Origin: a virus
Taxonomy: Duplodnaviria > Caudoviricetes
Virus record (IMG/VR): IMGVR_UViG_3300020045_009568
Location: 7,341 to 71,340 of that record
Direction: 5' to 3' (one strand)
DNA: 64,000 nt
Part shown: positions 46,901-55,594 of the stretch, in pieces
Layout of the letters: each line of letters starts with the position of its first letter
Numbering within the stretch: the first letter of the stretch is position 1
Notes under the pieces: generated by a model
The model's database searches: none
What the model was told of the DNA's origin: nothing
The model's input: only the letters and a program-made list of their open reading frames with translations
Program-made: the position numbers and the translations under genes

Positions 46901-48129
46901 TAGCTTGGCAGAATTGCTGTACCCTGAATTTCGCCCGGGTTATTTAAAAAATAATCTTCTTCTTTTTTGGAGAAGGTTGCACCACGTTCTTTTAAAGTAT
47001 TGATTGCTTTTTGCGCTTCTATTTTTGTTGGAGTAGCCCTGAATACATTTTGCCACACAGTATTTACAGAGCTATAATCTCTCTCTTCGTCAATTATTTG
47101 TCCGAGCGCCTGGCTGTAAACTTTAATCTTTGCTCCGGGGTGTCTGTCAAGCGAAGTGCTTTCTGCTTTGTTCAGCAAATCCATTTGTGTTTGATATTCC
47201 GCAGGGTCAATCTCTTTATTATTCATCCTTGCAACCAAGTCTGTTCTCTTTGCATCAATGCCGGCATTTTCAAATTGAAAGTTGCGAATATCGACAACAT
47301 CACTACCCGGACCCCACGATAGATTTTTATTGTCTTCCTGGTGACGCTGTACGGCATCCGGAACTTGTATCTTGCTTACATTGGCCCCCAAAGATTGCAG
47401 GTATGCCGGTAGTTCTGTTTCTGTTTTCGGCATTGGCATTTTAGCAACAACAGTTTTCGTGTTGGCCAATCCTGCGTACTTCTCCAGCATTGATTGCTCG
47501 TCGTCAATATCATCTAATTGCTGCTGGTAGGCTTCGTATTGTTTAATATTTTCTTCCCTACGAACAGAATGGCCTGATGAGTGCTGCAGATAATAATCAT
47601 CTAAATTCTTTTTTACAATCTCCCGTTGCTGCTGCAATTCATCTTTCTTCTTTTGGTAGAATGTTGTAACATCTTCGCCGGGCTTTAATCCCATATTGGT
47701 CAAATAGGCATCGCTGGCCTCATATTGAATGGCAGGGTTATTTCTTTCGAGTACAATATTTTTTTCCAGTTCTTTTGATTGCTCAGGCGCCGCTATTTTG
47801 CCGCCGAGCTTTGTATGCAATGCATCTTCGGCTTTATTTAATTCAGGCGCAAACTTTGGTTTAAGAATACTTCTGTCCTGTATTGACTTAACAGTATCTC
47901 CATAGGCTTCTGTGCCAGGCATTAGCCTTCTGCGACCAAATACATTGGAATCTTTGAATCCGGAAGGTTGCGCTGATGGCGGAGTAGTTGCCGCCTGTTC
48001 TGGCTCCAGCGAAGGCAGGTCATCAACGCTATTATATTGAGATACTTCTTTTGTAGAAGGATCAACTTTTATTACCGGCTCATTAAGGGCTGGCAATTCT
48101 TCAACGCTACTATACTTACTCTTGCCCAT
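40996..48129 (-). CDS. Large polyvalent/ejection protein (ART-like, zincin-like and LPD38-like regions)
   Basis: 2377 aa; GMYLST..NIENP..GYDALYF..ELIVFDR (ART-PolyVal-like), HEFGH..AEGVAE (zincin), C-terminal YWNYKIG..LSIPKPYEL (LPD38-like). Confidence 0.75.
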   Translation of the reverse strand: MGKSKYSSVEELPALNEPVIKVDPSTKEVSQYNSVDDLPSLEPEQAATTPPSAQPSGFKDSNVFGRRRLMPGTEAYGDTVKSIQDRSILKPKFAPELNKAEDALHTKLGGKIAAPEQSKELEKNIVLERNNPAIQYEASDAYLTNMGLKPGEDVTTFYQKKKDELQQQREIVKKNLDDYYLQHSSGHSVRREENIKQYEAYQQQLDDIDDEQSMLEKYAGLANTKTVVAKMPMPKTETELPAYLQSLGANVSKIQVPDAVQRHQEDNKNLSWGPGSDVVDIRNFQFENAGIDAKRTDLVARMNNKEIDPAEYQTQMDLLNKAESTSLDRHPGAKIKVYSQALGQIIDEERDYSSVNTVWQNVFRATPTKIEAQKAINTLKERGATFSKKEEDYFLNNPGEIQGTAILPSYILKTAEGFNKMGAPAARLLGSETPESEAFGKVAMAEYSAVNPNKQFEQPGSIIDTEKGETFLKPIDNEKAGQLNWGYGSGQGVAGAMATVTNFIIGNKAFGALAKTAGLGTTGAHVASNIASNVALTYDDGIEWAKTFTKDPIEQKAYALITGTLGGLLFAKLDPEGLVKKAFFTKAAAKDFASLIPKEGVQAMTPEVVGNFVYNTAKNAIANNLSASTILTANELKDVAVEALFNQQSASEHQFDIAKTFAHNAIIFGPLSILHGRGVAKEAKNRAEVINSAFEASKDVYAFKTDLEAAVQAGKLNPEDAAAKLDIVTKLAEIRNSKDLPKTLPENKQAEYAVNLLNEKQAEQQISELTDKVQIEPIKEEVKVLQEERRQMLQPEAPKEDIATTEPAQPEIPKAKPDEAIIKEIKSLGLTHVENTGMGAKQAEGMYLSTESGNRYSTKDKAAKKAKVNIENPRLTDYVENAKLQQEKLGQLLNENKIEFKDIPFEYTKDVQKFAGTKEPSNEQVSQWYKSVQGDKINEDYFEQSARTKAAKLVTEDYQKQGYDALYFRESDTQEGELIVFDRNKVTVADKPIKEKGLMKKARELEIDTTFAPRDIVLKHFADGGKINTSVIEELYGGKSEAIRQNASAEGERKSRFTLLNKNAKGIDELAHQMWEEGNQRLDADNQYTTQDYREAIETVLKDHVSAPGMAKELVDRYGSGIEKNLTEAESEVIGNEMLKAVENEVEKIPENIQKELISLLERYNEQGAINWDKMEEDSNGFDPDFLNLTPEATTYIDKLLKEKLHGQAEPEYVVDKNESSPNNEGQGSTGQPETAGSEIKPEAPKPGEGQSSIQDKINSFKAEYDKAVRKLEAVQEKLSKEQSTQTDIFGNAAAQKGMFEQNDAKDILDPLKAKVKEAKAALDKATKDAGVEADSDNPDLFEEPAKKRFYEEVAGAKPINVTGRISTDPIVGGKPKNLSKILREFAKKVNQKIFYAKVSRGAAGTYTPSNAAIKLRYSGDLDTTSHEFGHKLDDVHHITDAIMANPAAAKELPYFMNSPAASKPPKGHPNPDRYKRAEGVAEWVRAFIVNPKQAIYDAPEIHKIYQNKVDDATKKSVEELSIDIRTWAGASGRDKTLANIEIKPEDKSVWQKLFGHDEAGKFYLNWTDRFAANLLQPMQAFNKAFKFSKGIRGVDEVLPENDPIILSRLLLGYNGKFDDIVNNGMVDAKLNRLQDKNGKPKSVKWLLEPLDNTDTGSIMRDMEDTLAYMVSERAVELAKRFNRADVLTGTGGGILKDLDVATKTLEEFDNGDPKRLARIKEAATRYRELADDILQYMVAKGRIADRVEDKDGNLIGGYQFIKQNNIQYVAMNRIFEAEPGVEIDMGLKGGGGKALGSVKQPIFAIKGSSKEIANPYSVLLENMNKSIKEADRNEVMRTFRDMIMEQRQMNQGDVKAYSDIGFLGKEGDKNSQKIFVDGKAETWVFHPEIHRAIKNLDGDLWNLPGIMRMPGQLLRFTVTHFPTFAARNIVRDTQDRLIKSTTGSGLKDFVGNKAHWQDVAKAGGLNAGFYFRDRSHYYGLLETTMDEMAKNKKFILLDPVRLKDVWHGYENLLYKSETANRVAEYRGGIREAKAKGMDDYNAMLYGAYKARDLIDFAVAGHTMRMVNQLIPFTNAAVQGMRSTAVSIAKNPAGFALRTALYSILPAAGLWYLNHRDKETADEYEEIPAYQRDMYWNYKIGPNKWLSIPKPYELSLAAAGMDRVLSNIAYKREDAYKGYAGTVAKSMMPFDEAAAAGFLRPIVENVANYDFYREKTIIPAHEANLALELRHTETASRLGLLVQQAAGIDGRKVDHFIRGQFSYFGNTAMKLSDIGNKESNETFDITDLGFFKHSPAYNSQSVQELVKFAKEWNMERSRDYKAFSDMAGEYFNLKDDAAKEKAGKELTGYAKSLLLTWKNANMKEFQIEKKKQKDESR

Positions 48130-49859
48130 TAGATTATTTTATAGCCTTTTGCTTCTGCTTTTTTTGCTGCTTCCTCATCAACATTCATCATTACAGCTTC
48201 GCCGGTTTTAGGATTAAGGATTGAGTATTTTCTCTTGGATTTTGGTGTAAGCGCTTCTTTCACTTTTACGGCAGCTTTTTTTACCTGTTGCATAAATGTT
48301 GGCCGCTCGCCCTTGCTACTGGCTAGCAAATCATCTTTGGTGTAATATTTTAACTGCTCGTCTGCTACTTGTTCTTTAGGAATGATCTTTTCAACCCCTT
48401 TTTCATCCTGCCCTTTCCAGTCGCCGTTTGGCAGCACTTCGTAGTACTCATTGCCATTGTTGGTTTTAAGTGGCAACACCTTTGGCTTGATTGTTTTCTT
48501 GCCCTTTAAGTCAACCTCTTCAAGCGAGCCGGCAATCAATTCCTGCTCTTTCTGTCCAATATCTTTGGTATACACCACCCTTGTATTGGTGCCGTCGTGG
48601 TTTGGAATATCCTTACCCCTTGCATTTCCAATTGAAATAGTGAGCGGGGTAATTTCTGGAGTTTCCTTATTCTGTTTTGCTTTCTCAAACCTTAATCTTT
48701 CTGCTGCCAGGAAGTTGTCCTCTTTTGAAAGTCGTAAGCGCTCCAATGCCAGCTGATTGTCAAATTGCTTCTGTCCATTGTCATCCTTATTAATAGGAGT
48801 AGGGGGCATATTTTTACGCAACTTATCCAGTACAATGTCAGACTTGATGATATCTGCTTCTTCATCTGTGAGTGGCATGAATGGCTGACCGGTAGCTTCG
48901 CTGAAAGATTTCCTTGTCATGTTTTCCTGCCCAATCTTATCAGCCAGTTCTTTTTTTACCTGCACTGCCAGCCCGGGGAAAGAATCTAAAAACTTCCGTT
49001 CAATATCTTTGGCCACTGTCATCTTTGGCGTGCCGTCCATATTCATCAATGGCTTGCCGTTCGGCAGCAATACAGGTTCCTGCCTGATATCAACAGAAAC
49101 AGGATTGCCGGCTTTGTCTTTTTTAATTTCCTGGAAACTGTTCAGTACTGCCTTATACCCAACCTGTTTTATCTGGCCGGTATTAGGGTCGGTTTCTGTC
49201 GGCTGATCAATGTTTACTTTATTGTCCTTGCCGAAAACTTCCGATACAGCCTGGTCAACGCCTTTGTTGTCACCCACCACGCCGTAGTGTTTTTCCAGTA
49301 TGTTTTTTACAACATCAGCGCCATGCAAATCTTTGTTCCATTTCGTAGGGTCAATACTTCTTTTGCCATTGGTCGGGTCTGTATTAGTGAAGTATTCATT
49401 CATCGCAAGACCAAGCAATTTCTTATCATCAATGCCGGGGCCTTTAAGCGCAGCAACTGCATCAGTAATTTCCTTTTGTTTTTGAAGTGCTGTATTGTGG
49501 TTGCCATTAATTCTTGCTACTTCGGTAGCAATTGCTCCACGTAGTTCGCCTTCCTGTACTGGCTTTCCTGCCTGCTTTCTTTGTTGAATTGTTTGCAGCA
49601 GTTTATTTTGGGTAGTAGCAAAATCTTCCATTGCCAGCGGTGCATATATATCCTGATCCTTCACCTTTGACGGGTCAAGTCCATCGGCAATAAGCTTGCT
49701 GTAATTCGCATCCCTTTCGGCATCGGCTTTCGCCTGTGCCGCTTCTGCTGCCATTCGCTGCCTTGCAATTTCTTGCAACTGCTGCCCCTGGTAGAGAATG
49801 TTTCGTGAATTGTCGGGCAGCACCACGGCCCAATCTCCCATATACGCTGAATTGCTCAT
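48129..49859 (-). CDS. Internal virion/ejection protein candidate (576 aa)
   Basis: Helical Q/A-rich N-terminus; sits in a small-medium-large trio typical of podovirus ejection proteins. Confidence 0.55.
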   Translation of the reverse strand: MSNSAYMGDWAVVLPDNSRNILYQGQQLQEIARQRMAAEAAQAKADAERDANYSKLIADGLDPSKVKDQDIYAPLAMEDFATTQNKLLQTIQQRKQAGKPVQEGELRGAIATEVARINGNHNTALQKQKEITDAVAALKGPGIDDKKLLGLAMNEYFTNTDPTNGKRSIDPTKWNKDLHGADVVKNILEKHYGVVGDNKGVDQAVSEVFGKDNKVNIDQPTETDPNTGQIKQVGYKAVLNSFQEIKKDKAGNPVSVDIRQEPVLLPNGKPLMNMDGTPKMTVAKDIERKFLDSFPGLAVQVKKELADKIGQENMTRKSFSEATGQPFMPLTDEEADIIKSDIVLDKLRKNMPPTPINKDDNGQKQFDNQLALERLRLSKEDNFLAAERLRFEKAKQNKETPEITPLTISIGNARGKDIPNHDGTNTRVVYTKDIGQKEQELIAGSLEEVDLKGKKTIKPKVLPLKTNNGNEYYEVLPNGDWKGQDEKGVEKIIPKEQVADEQLKYYTKDDLLASSKGERPTFMQQVKKAAVKVKEALTPKSKRKYSILNPKTGEAVMMNVDEEAAKKAEAKGYKII

Positions 49860-49860
49860 A

Positions 49861-50412
49861 TTACTTTGCCTTTAATGCCTTTAAAATATCTATGTTGCCC
49901 CCGATTGCGGACATTTCATTTGCTGCCCCGCCAATGTTTTGCCATGCCGCCTGGCGCAATCCGTTTTTCTCTGCCATCAACTGTTCCTGTGTACGTGTTT
50001 CATCCAGGTATTTTTTGTACCATTCCTGCGTCATACTATCATTTCCGGCATTTAGGTTGCTCAACATATTCAATTGGTACCCCGCTTCTCCATCCTGTAA
50101 CTTATCAAGTGAATTATCCGTTTGCGCCTGTGAAGCTGCCAGCATTGCCAACGCCTGTGAGCTGTCAGTTGCATTCCTTCTTATGCTACCAGAAGTATTG
50201 GAATTATTCTGTGTAATATTTGCTTCGGCTGCTGCAGCACCGGGCATTCTGCTATTGAAAAGAACCTTTGCCAACGAAAGTTTATCTTTCGCATAGGGCG
50301 ATTCTTTATAGTCTACCTTTGGAACTTCAACGCCGCTGGCCATAGAGTTTTGAGCTCCGCCAAATAGCATTTTACCAAAACTGAACAATCCGCTTAATGC
50401 TTGACCCCACAT
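49861..50412 (-). CDS. Small ejection (pilot-like) protein
   Basis: Gly/Ala-rich amphipathic N-terminus MWGQALSGLFSFGKMLFGG; A/Q/N-rich. Confidence 0.55.
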   Translation of the reverse strand: MWGQALSGLFSFGKMLFGGAQNSMASGVEVPKVDYKESPYAKDKLSLAKVLFNSRMPGAAAAEANITQNNSNTSGSIRRNATDSSQALAMLAASQAQTDNSLDKLQDGEAGYQLNMLSNLNAGNDSMTQEWYKKYLDETRTQEQLMAEKNGLRQAAWQNIGGAANEMSAIGGNIDILKALKAK

Positions 50413-50424
50413 AGTTGTAATATT

Positions 50425-53400
50425 TTAAGTATTTGTAAAATGACCTTCTTTTAAAATGAAATTTGTACTGGCCGATTTCAGTGTTGCTTTTTTATCAAAC
50501 GTCAGGTATATGAGCAGACACTTGCCATGCATTTTTTGCCCCTTCATTTGCCTGTCGAAAAATTGACTGCCAGCATTCACATCCAGCCTATCCCTGAATA
50601 ATGGTGCGTATATAACCCCCTCTTTGTTTACAAAATCTTCTGATACCAGGTCGCTGCTTTGCACGATTGGATCTTCGGTACGTACATGCACAAACGATGG
50701 CGCCACGGTGCTTTCAAGTGCAATACCTGCAAAGCTCTTTGGTCCTTGCATAAGGTTTACCGGTATCGCTACGCCTGATGTGTATTCTTTGCCGTAAATT
50801 TTATCCGATGCAGTATTGTGCAGATAAAGGTTTCCTTCGTTGATGCTGTACAGATCATCACCAAGCCGTATAAATGTTTCAGCAGAAAAATTGAATGGCG
50901 CTCCCCAGTAGTCAAAATCAGATTTATATACAAGCGTTTTGCTGCGTCCATCGTAAACATCATACGGATACGGTACACTATCGTAGTCTTCTAAAAATCC
51001 CTTTGGCGGAACTTCTAGCGTTTTTGGTATGGTAAATAAAAATTCCCTGTGATACGGGTCGCATCCGCCGATCACCAGCTGATCATCCAGTATATCATTT
51101 GAAAGAAGATTGACCACTCTTGTAAGCTTGTTTTTACTGATCGGGAAAAGCCCATTATTCGAATACCTTACAAAACATGCGTTTCGTTTGTCATACCAAA
51201 CCACAAACCCATTATATTCAAATACGCTTTCTGGATGGCTGGTGCCCATGCTGCCGGCCAATGCTTTGATGTTGCCCAGCACATTATCTGCTTTTGCCAC
51301 ATAGGCACTGCCTTGCGTATCCAGTAATTCTGCTTCTCCAAGGTAGATGCTGGCTGTTTCGTTGGTGCAAATTGCCAGCATAACAGTGCCGTCCGCCTGC
51401 ACCTTTTTAGTAAGTTTTAATTTGCGCAAAAAACCATACTCTCCAGGTATTGAAACTTTATTGAGCGCTGAAAAAGAGGAAAGTCCATTTATTTTCGTTC
51501 CTTTCACATATACATCACTGAAACAAATTGCATTTGATCTTTGCTTTCCTATCTTGTCAATATAGTTTGGTCGGCTTGCACTGGTATTCCAAGCTTTCCA
51601 ATAGCGATCATTTGGAGCCATGGCCTCTGCGTAATAATCGGCAAGCGATTCACCTTTTCTTTTTAAGATATAAGTATCCCCTGCAAACGTTCCGCTAAGT
51701 TGGCTGTACGCCCTTGCACTGGTACCGGGATTTAATATTTTGAATGACCTTGCTACTTCATAGAAAGGCTCATTGAGCGAATTGTTATAAGGAGAATAAA
51801 TTTCAAATAAGGTATTTTTTATTCTGGTTACACCTGTAATATTAATTGCACCGCTTCCGCCTCCAGACGCAGGAATACCTGGAACAAGCAATGTATTTTC
51901 AAGAGCGTAACCAATGCCTTTTTTGTTAATAGTAAGCGTGGTGATATTTCCGCCTGTTACAATTGCATCAACAGTTAATCCGGTACCGGTGCCACCGATA
52001 ACAGGCACATTTGTATAAGTGCCATTAACGAGCAATCCGGCACCCGAAACGGCTGTTATAGTGCTTACGTAATCAACCCTTGTTAAACTGCACCAAACAT
52101 ATTTGCCGTCTTGCCCAAGTATATCCAGGTCGATAAACTCATCCAGCACATCAACATACAATTTCATTTTGTCGTTTGGCTGGAAGGAGTACCCGATACC
52201 ATAACTTGATAAGCATGAAATATCAATTGCCACGTAGCCTTCTCTTTCGGTGCTGCCACCCGGGAAATTGTCAGTATATACTATTGCTCCATCATCATCT
52301 TTTTTTACATAAGTAACCCTCGTATATGCCGGAGCGGATTCATTTGCTGCAGGCTTTCCCTGTATGAAGCTTCTTGTATAAAGGCATTTTGTAAGTACCA
52401 GATGAACATTGGTTGCCCATTCTGGTATTTCATGCTCTTTTACCGATAATATTGAGAAGGCAAATCCAAACCCGGAACCACCAATTAGTGAATTATTTAC
52501 AAACGCATCTGGCTTTGGATACCCGGTTAATGGATCGTCAGGAGTTTTGCTGTACCCAACACCACCTATTCTTACCGTAACTGAAATTACAGTGCCGATG
52601 GCTCCAACAATAATATCAACAGATGCGCCAGAACCGGTATTGCCAGCAATAGCTACGCCTTGGTAAATGCCCGGCACGTAACCGCTACCCGGTGAAAAGC
52701 CCTGATCTGCAGAGGTGATGCCAGTTGATGCAACGCTTACGCTTATTATTTCTCCGGCAGAAGATGTATTGCTTAGTTGCCACAAAACGGCATTGCCTCC
52801 AACGGATGCATCAGCAAACTTTCTGTCTGGTATCGCTATTCTTGATGAGCGATATACGCCACAGCGCCTGCTATAGTCATCCGTAAAAAATACACCCGTT
52901 TCGTAAATGCCGCCAGTTTTGAACTGCGGGGCAGTAGGCGCAATTACATAAGGAACATCAGTTAATGTTATATCTGCATTGTCCGTAAATCCGCCCCACT
53001 GGTAAACCACAAAGCTATATCCAGAAGGTGCTGCAGCATTTATTTGGGCGAGTATTTGCGTTTGCAACGTACCCGCTCCACCAATGTATGTGAAGTTTGT
53101 AAAACTATCATTCAGCGGCCCTATAGTAGATGGTATATCTCCGGTACCCAATTTATAATATCCAGACGCAGGGATGCCGAGTATTTCCAGCACCACATAC
53201 TTGTATTCCGTCAGCGCCAGATACCCGGTAGTTGTTTTATAGTACCAGCCTCTTACTGAGTAATTTTTATATGAAGCGGTACTGGTATTTGAGTTGAGAA
53301 TTACCCGGCATTTTAAAGAGTTGTTTGCAGGGGTATCCTGACCGGTAATATAATTGCCAAGTTTAAGTCTATCCTTCGCAATCTCCATCGTTTCAGGATA

Positions 53401-54417
53401 ATTCGGCACCGCATCAAACTGCTTTACAGCGGTAGCTTCATCAATTTTTTCGCCTGTCTGGTGATTGGTAAAAAAGTATGATTGAGAATAAATTGGAGAA
53501 ATACTAAACCCGCTAAACAGCGGCTTTGTTACATCCCAGGTATAAATAATATAGCAGTCGTTATTGTCCGCATCCTGAGCAACAATATCAACGGTTTTTA
53601 CATCCTGAGTAATTTCAGTTATTGGTAATGTAATCCTGATTGTATCGTTGTTATCCGCTACCGCATTTTTATTTACCAACTCACTGAAGGATGATAAAAC
53701 GCTCGTTTCATTTGTATGATAATTAAACCTCCAGGCAAAACGAAAAGCCCTGTCTTTTACTTTATTGTACGCTGGCGGAGTGGCGTATGCTGGTGGTGCC
53801 GATACGAAAAACGGATTGAAGTAATTTGCATACAAACCCTTTTCAACGGTTGGAGGTAATGATGGCGGCCTGCGTATTACCCTAATCACCGATTCCGCAA
53901 CCGGGAAGATATAAGGCTTCGCAGCAGTAACATATAACGGGTAATTGGCGGCAATAGCCGCATCGATATCTATCCTGCGTGGCTCGTTTGCGTCGCTTTC
54001 TGTCCAGTATAAACAGCCATTTGCTACACCGCAGCTATGGATATATTTTTTAAAATTCAAGCCAGTTGCAACCTGGTCGTTTGAAAGTACTTTATAGATT
54101 ATGCTGGCGGATTTATCAAAGCAAAAAATGCCATGGTTGCCCTGCAGATTGTAATTGAAAAATAAAATCCTGTTACGTTCGGTATCCTCACATCCACCAA
54201 AGCCCCTGTTATCGGAATTAAAAAGAAAGGCGTTTTTTATTTCATCGGTGCCACCAATAGTTTCAAGATTGCCGGTAGCGCCCTTATCGGTGGTACCAAA
54301 ACGCATATTATGGCCATTGACATACTGGCCATTGGCAACCATTCTTAACGGGTCGATTGAATCAAAAGCATCATCTGCATTTAATCCTTGCCCAAAATAT
54401 CGTTTTTCGTTTTGCAA
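50425..54417 (-). CDS. Tail stabilisation/nozzle protein (P22 gp10/crAss-like) with inserted Gly-rich modules
   Basis: 1330 aa, TTG start; YWTE..NEPRRID, INGLSSF and HPES..YWYD-like motifs. Confidence 0.7.
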   Translation of the reverse strand: MQNEKRYFGQGLNADDAFDSIDPLRMVANGQYVNGHNMRFGTTDKGATGNLETIGGTDEIKNAFLFNSDNRGFGGCEDTERNRILFFNYNLQGNHGIFCFDKSASIIYKVLSNDQVATGLNFKKYIHSCGVANGCLYWTESDANEPRRIDIDAAIAANYPLYVTAAKPYIFPVAESVIRVIRRPPSLPPTVEKGLYANYFNPFFVSAPPAYATPPAYNKVKDRAFRFAWRFNYHTNETSVLSSFSELVNKNAVADNNDTIRITLPITEITQDVKTVDIVAQDADNNDCYIIYTWDVTKPLFSGFSISPIYSQSYFFTNHQTGEKIDEATAVKQFDAVPNYPETMEIAKDRLKLGNYITGQDTPANNSLKCRVILNSNTSTASYKNYSVRGWYYKTTTGYLALTEYKYVVLEILGIPASGYYKLGTGDIPSTIGPLNDSFTNFTYIGGAGTLQTQILAQINAAAPSGYSFVVYQWGGFTDNADITLTDVPYVIAPTAPQFKTGGIYETGVFFTDDYSRRCGVYRSSRIAIPDRKFADASVGGNAVLWQLSNTSSAGEIISVSVASTGITSADQGFSPGSGYVPGIYQGVAIAGNTGSGASVDIIVGAIGTVISVTVRIGGVGYSKTPDDPLTGYPKPDAFVNNSLIGGSGFGFAFSILSVKEHEIPEWATNVHLVLTKCLYTRSFIQGKPAANESAPAYTRVTYVKKDDDGAIVYTDNFPGGSTEREGYVAIDISCLSSYGIGYSFQPNDKMKLYVDVLDEFIDLDILGQDGKYVWCSLTRVDYVSTITAVSGAGLLVNGTYTNVPVIGGTGTGLTVDAIVTGGNITTLTINKKGIGYALENTLLVPGIPASGGGSGAINITGVTRIKNTLFEIYSPYNNSLNEPFYEVARSFKILNPGTSARAYSQLSGTFAGDTYILKRKGESLADYYAEAMAPNDRYWKAWNTSASRPNYIDKIGKQRSNAICFSDVYVKGTKINGLSSFSALNKVSIPGEYGFLRKLKLTKKVQADGTVMLAICTNETASIYLGEAELLDTQGSAYVAKADNVLGNIKALAGSMGTSHPESVFEYNGFVVWYDKRNACFVRYSNNGLFPISKNKLTRVVNLLSNDILDDQLVIGGCDPYHREFLFTIPKTLEVPPKGFLEDYDSVPYPYDVYDGRSKTLVYKSDFDYWGAPFNFSAETFIRLGDDLYSINEGNLYLHNTASDKIYGKEYTSGVAIPVNLMQGPKSFAGIALESTVAPSFVHVRTEDPIVQSSDLVSEDFVNKEGVIYAPLFRDRLDVNAGSQFFDRQMKGQKMHGKCLLIYLTFDKKATLKSASTNFILKEGHFTNT

Positions 54418-54421
54418 TTTG

Positions 54422-54440
54422 AAGATATATTATATAACTT
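54422..54440. promoter_or_regulatory. AAGTTA-N7-TAACTT-like palindrome, copy 6
   Basis: aagata tattata taactt, 4 nt upstream of the tail gene start. Confidence 0.6.
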
Positions 54441-54503
54441 GCGGGTGTTAGTTAACTTTGGAAAGGATCAGGTATTGAAGGGGCGGTTTCTACCGCCCCT
54501 TAC

Positions 54504-55256
54504 TTATATTTTAGGAGTACCCTTTGCAGCACCTCTCACAATTGCAATAATTTCCTCTTTGCCCAATTTATTTTTCCTTGCCCTGAATCTCGCATGATCA
54601 GCCTGGAATAATTGTTTTGCCCGTTCTCTTTCACCTTCGCCATACGCTCTGCTACCTTCTTTATACTGCCACAACGAATAACTTTCAATAACAGACTTAG
54701 CTCGTGGATCAACCATAGTGGCATTGTCTGCATCGGCGCCATCGGTTATGTACTGGAGAATCCCTTCTTTTGTACCAACCTTTTGATTAAGCTGTATCCT
54801 GCCTTGCTCCGGAATAAATTTGAATGATTGCGTATCATCATTAGAACTCATTCCGAAAAATCTCAACCCCCTTGTATCAAATGGATAAATCAGATAATTT
54901 CTGAATAGTAAATTGTCCAGCACATTCAAGTCAAAGCCGCTATCTGGGTAAAGCGTCGGATTATCATTCTCGTCGTAATTCGGCAGACTATTAATACCAT
55001 CCCTTTCATAAAGTTGCCTTACAAATTGGCCGTTAGGAATACCAAACTTTACAATATCCATGCAGTCACATGGCACCTTTATTGAAAAATTTTCATCCGC
55101 CGTCAACTTTACGGTTTTGATATTTTGAAGGGAATCAAAATGCAACTCTTCCAATGCTCTTGTTGCCAGGTAAAGGAACTGTATGTAAAAATGTATCGGG
55201 TATTGCTTTTTTATGAGCAAGCCTTTTACTATCGTATCGAGTGTGGTGAATCTCAT
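54504..55256 (-). CDS. Tail ring/adaptor-type protein (250 aa)
   Basis: Size and position in the podovirus-type tail cluster. Confidence 0.55.
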   Translation of the reverse strand: MRFTTLDTIVKGLLIKKQYPIHFYIQFLYLATRALEELHFDSLQNIKTVKLTADENFSIKVPCDCMDIVKFGIPNGQFVRQLYERDGINSLPNYDENDNPTLYPDSGFDLNVLDNLLFRNYLIYPFDTRGLRFFGMSSNDDTQSFKFIPEQGRIQLNQKVGTKEGILQYITDGADADNATMVDPRAKSVIESYSLWQYKEGSRAYGEGERERAKQLFQADHARFRARKNKLGKEEIIAIVRGAAKGTPKI

Positions 55257-55594
55257 CGTTTTTCAGGATTTTCAACGCTTGAAGAATCAACTTTATCATC
55301 CGGAGGAAACTGGGCAGCCAGTAACTTGAAGGCTTCCTGCATAACATCTGCAGCCATATCGGCCGGCAGAGGCAATACATCCCAATCGCTATATTTTTCA
55401 GCATCCATTACCACCAGCTTCATATCTACATACTTTGTATCCCTTGTTTGTGTCACATCTTCCGTAAATACAACAAAGCCATCGTGCGGAGTATAGCCAA
55501 CCTGCCCCAATAGATCATTGACCAGGTTGTTTTGTCCTGCAATCATCCATTCCTGCCCTGGCTGTATCGGTATGTATTGATCTGGTGCTGTCAT
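55253..55594 (-). CDS. C-terminal half of a split tail ring protein
   Basis: Ends LPLPADMAADVMQEAFKLL, parallel to the ring-protein C-terminus of 58672..59340. Confidence 0.5.
   Translation of the reverse strand: MTAPDQYIPIQPGQEWMIAGQNNLVNDLLGQVGYTPHDGFVVFTEDVTQTRDTKYVDMKLVVMDAEKYSDWDVLPLPADMAADVMQEAFKLLAAQFPPDDKVDSSSVENPEKR

Noticed and set aside
40996-48129. Virion RNA polymerase as in true crAss-like phages
   Set aside because: No DxDxD RNAP catalytic motif context recognised; domains fit a polyvalent protein, so I do not call this phage a Crassvirales member.
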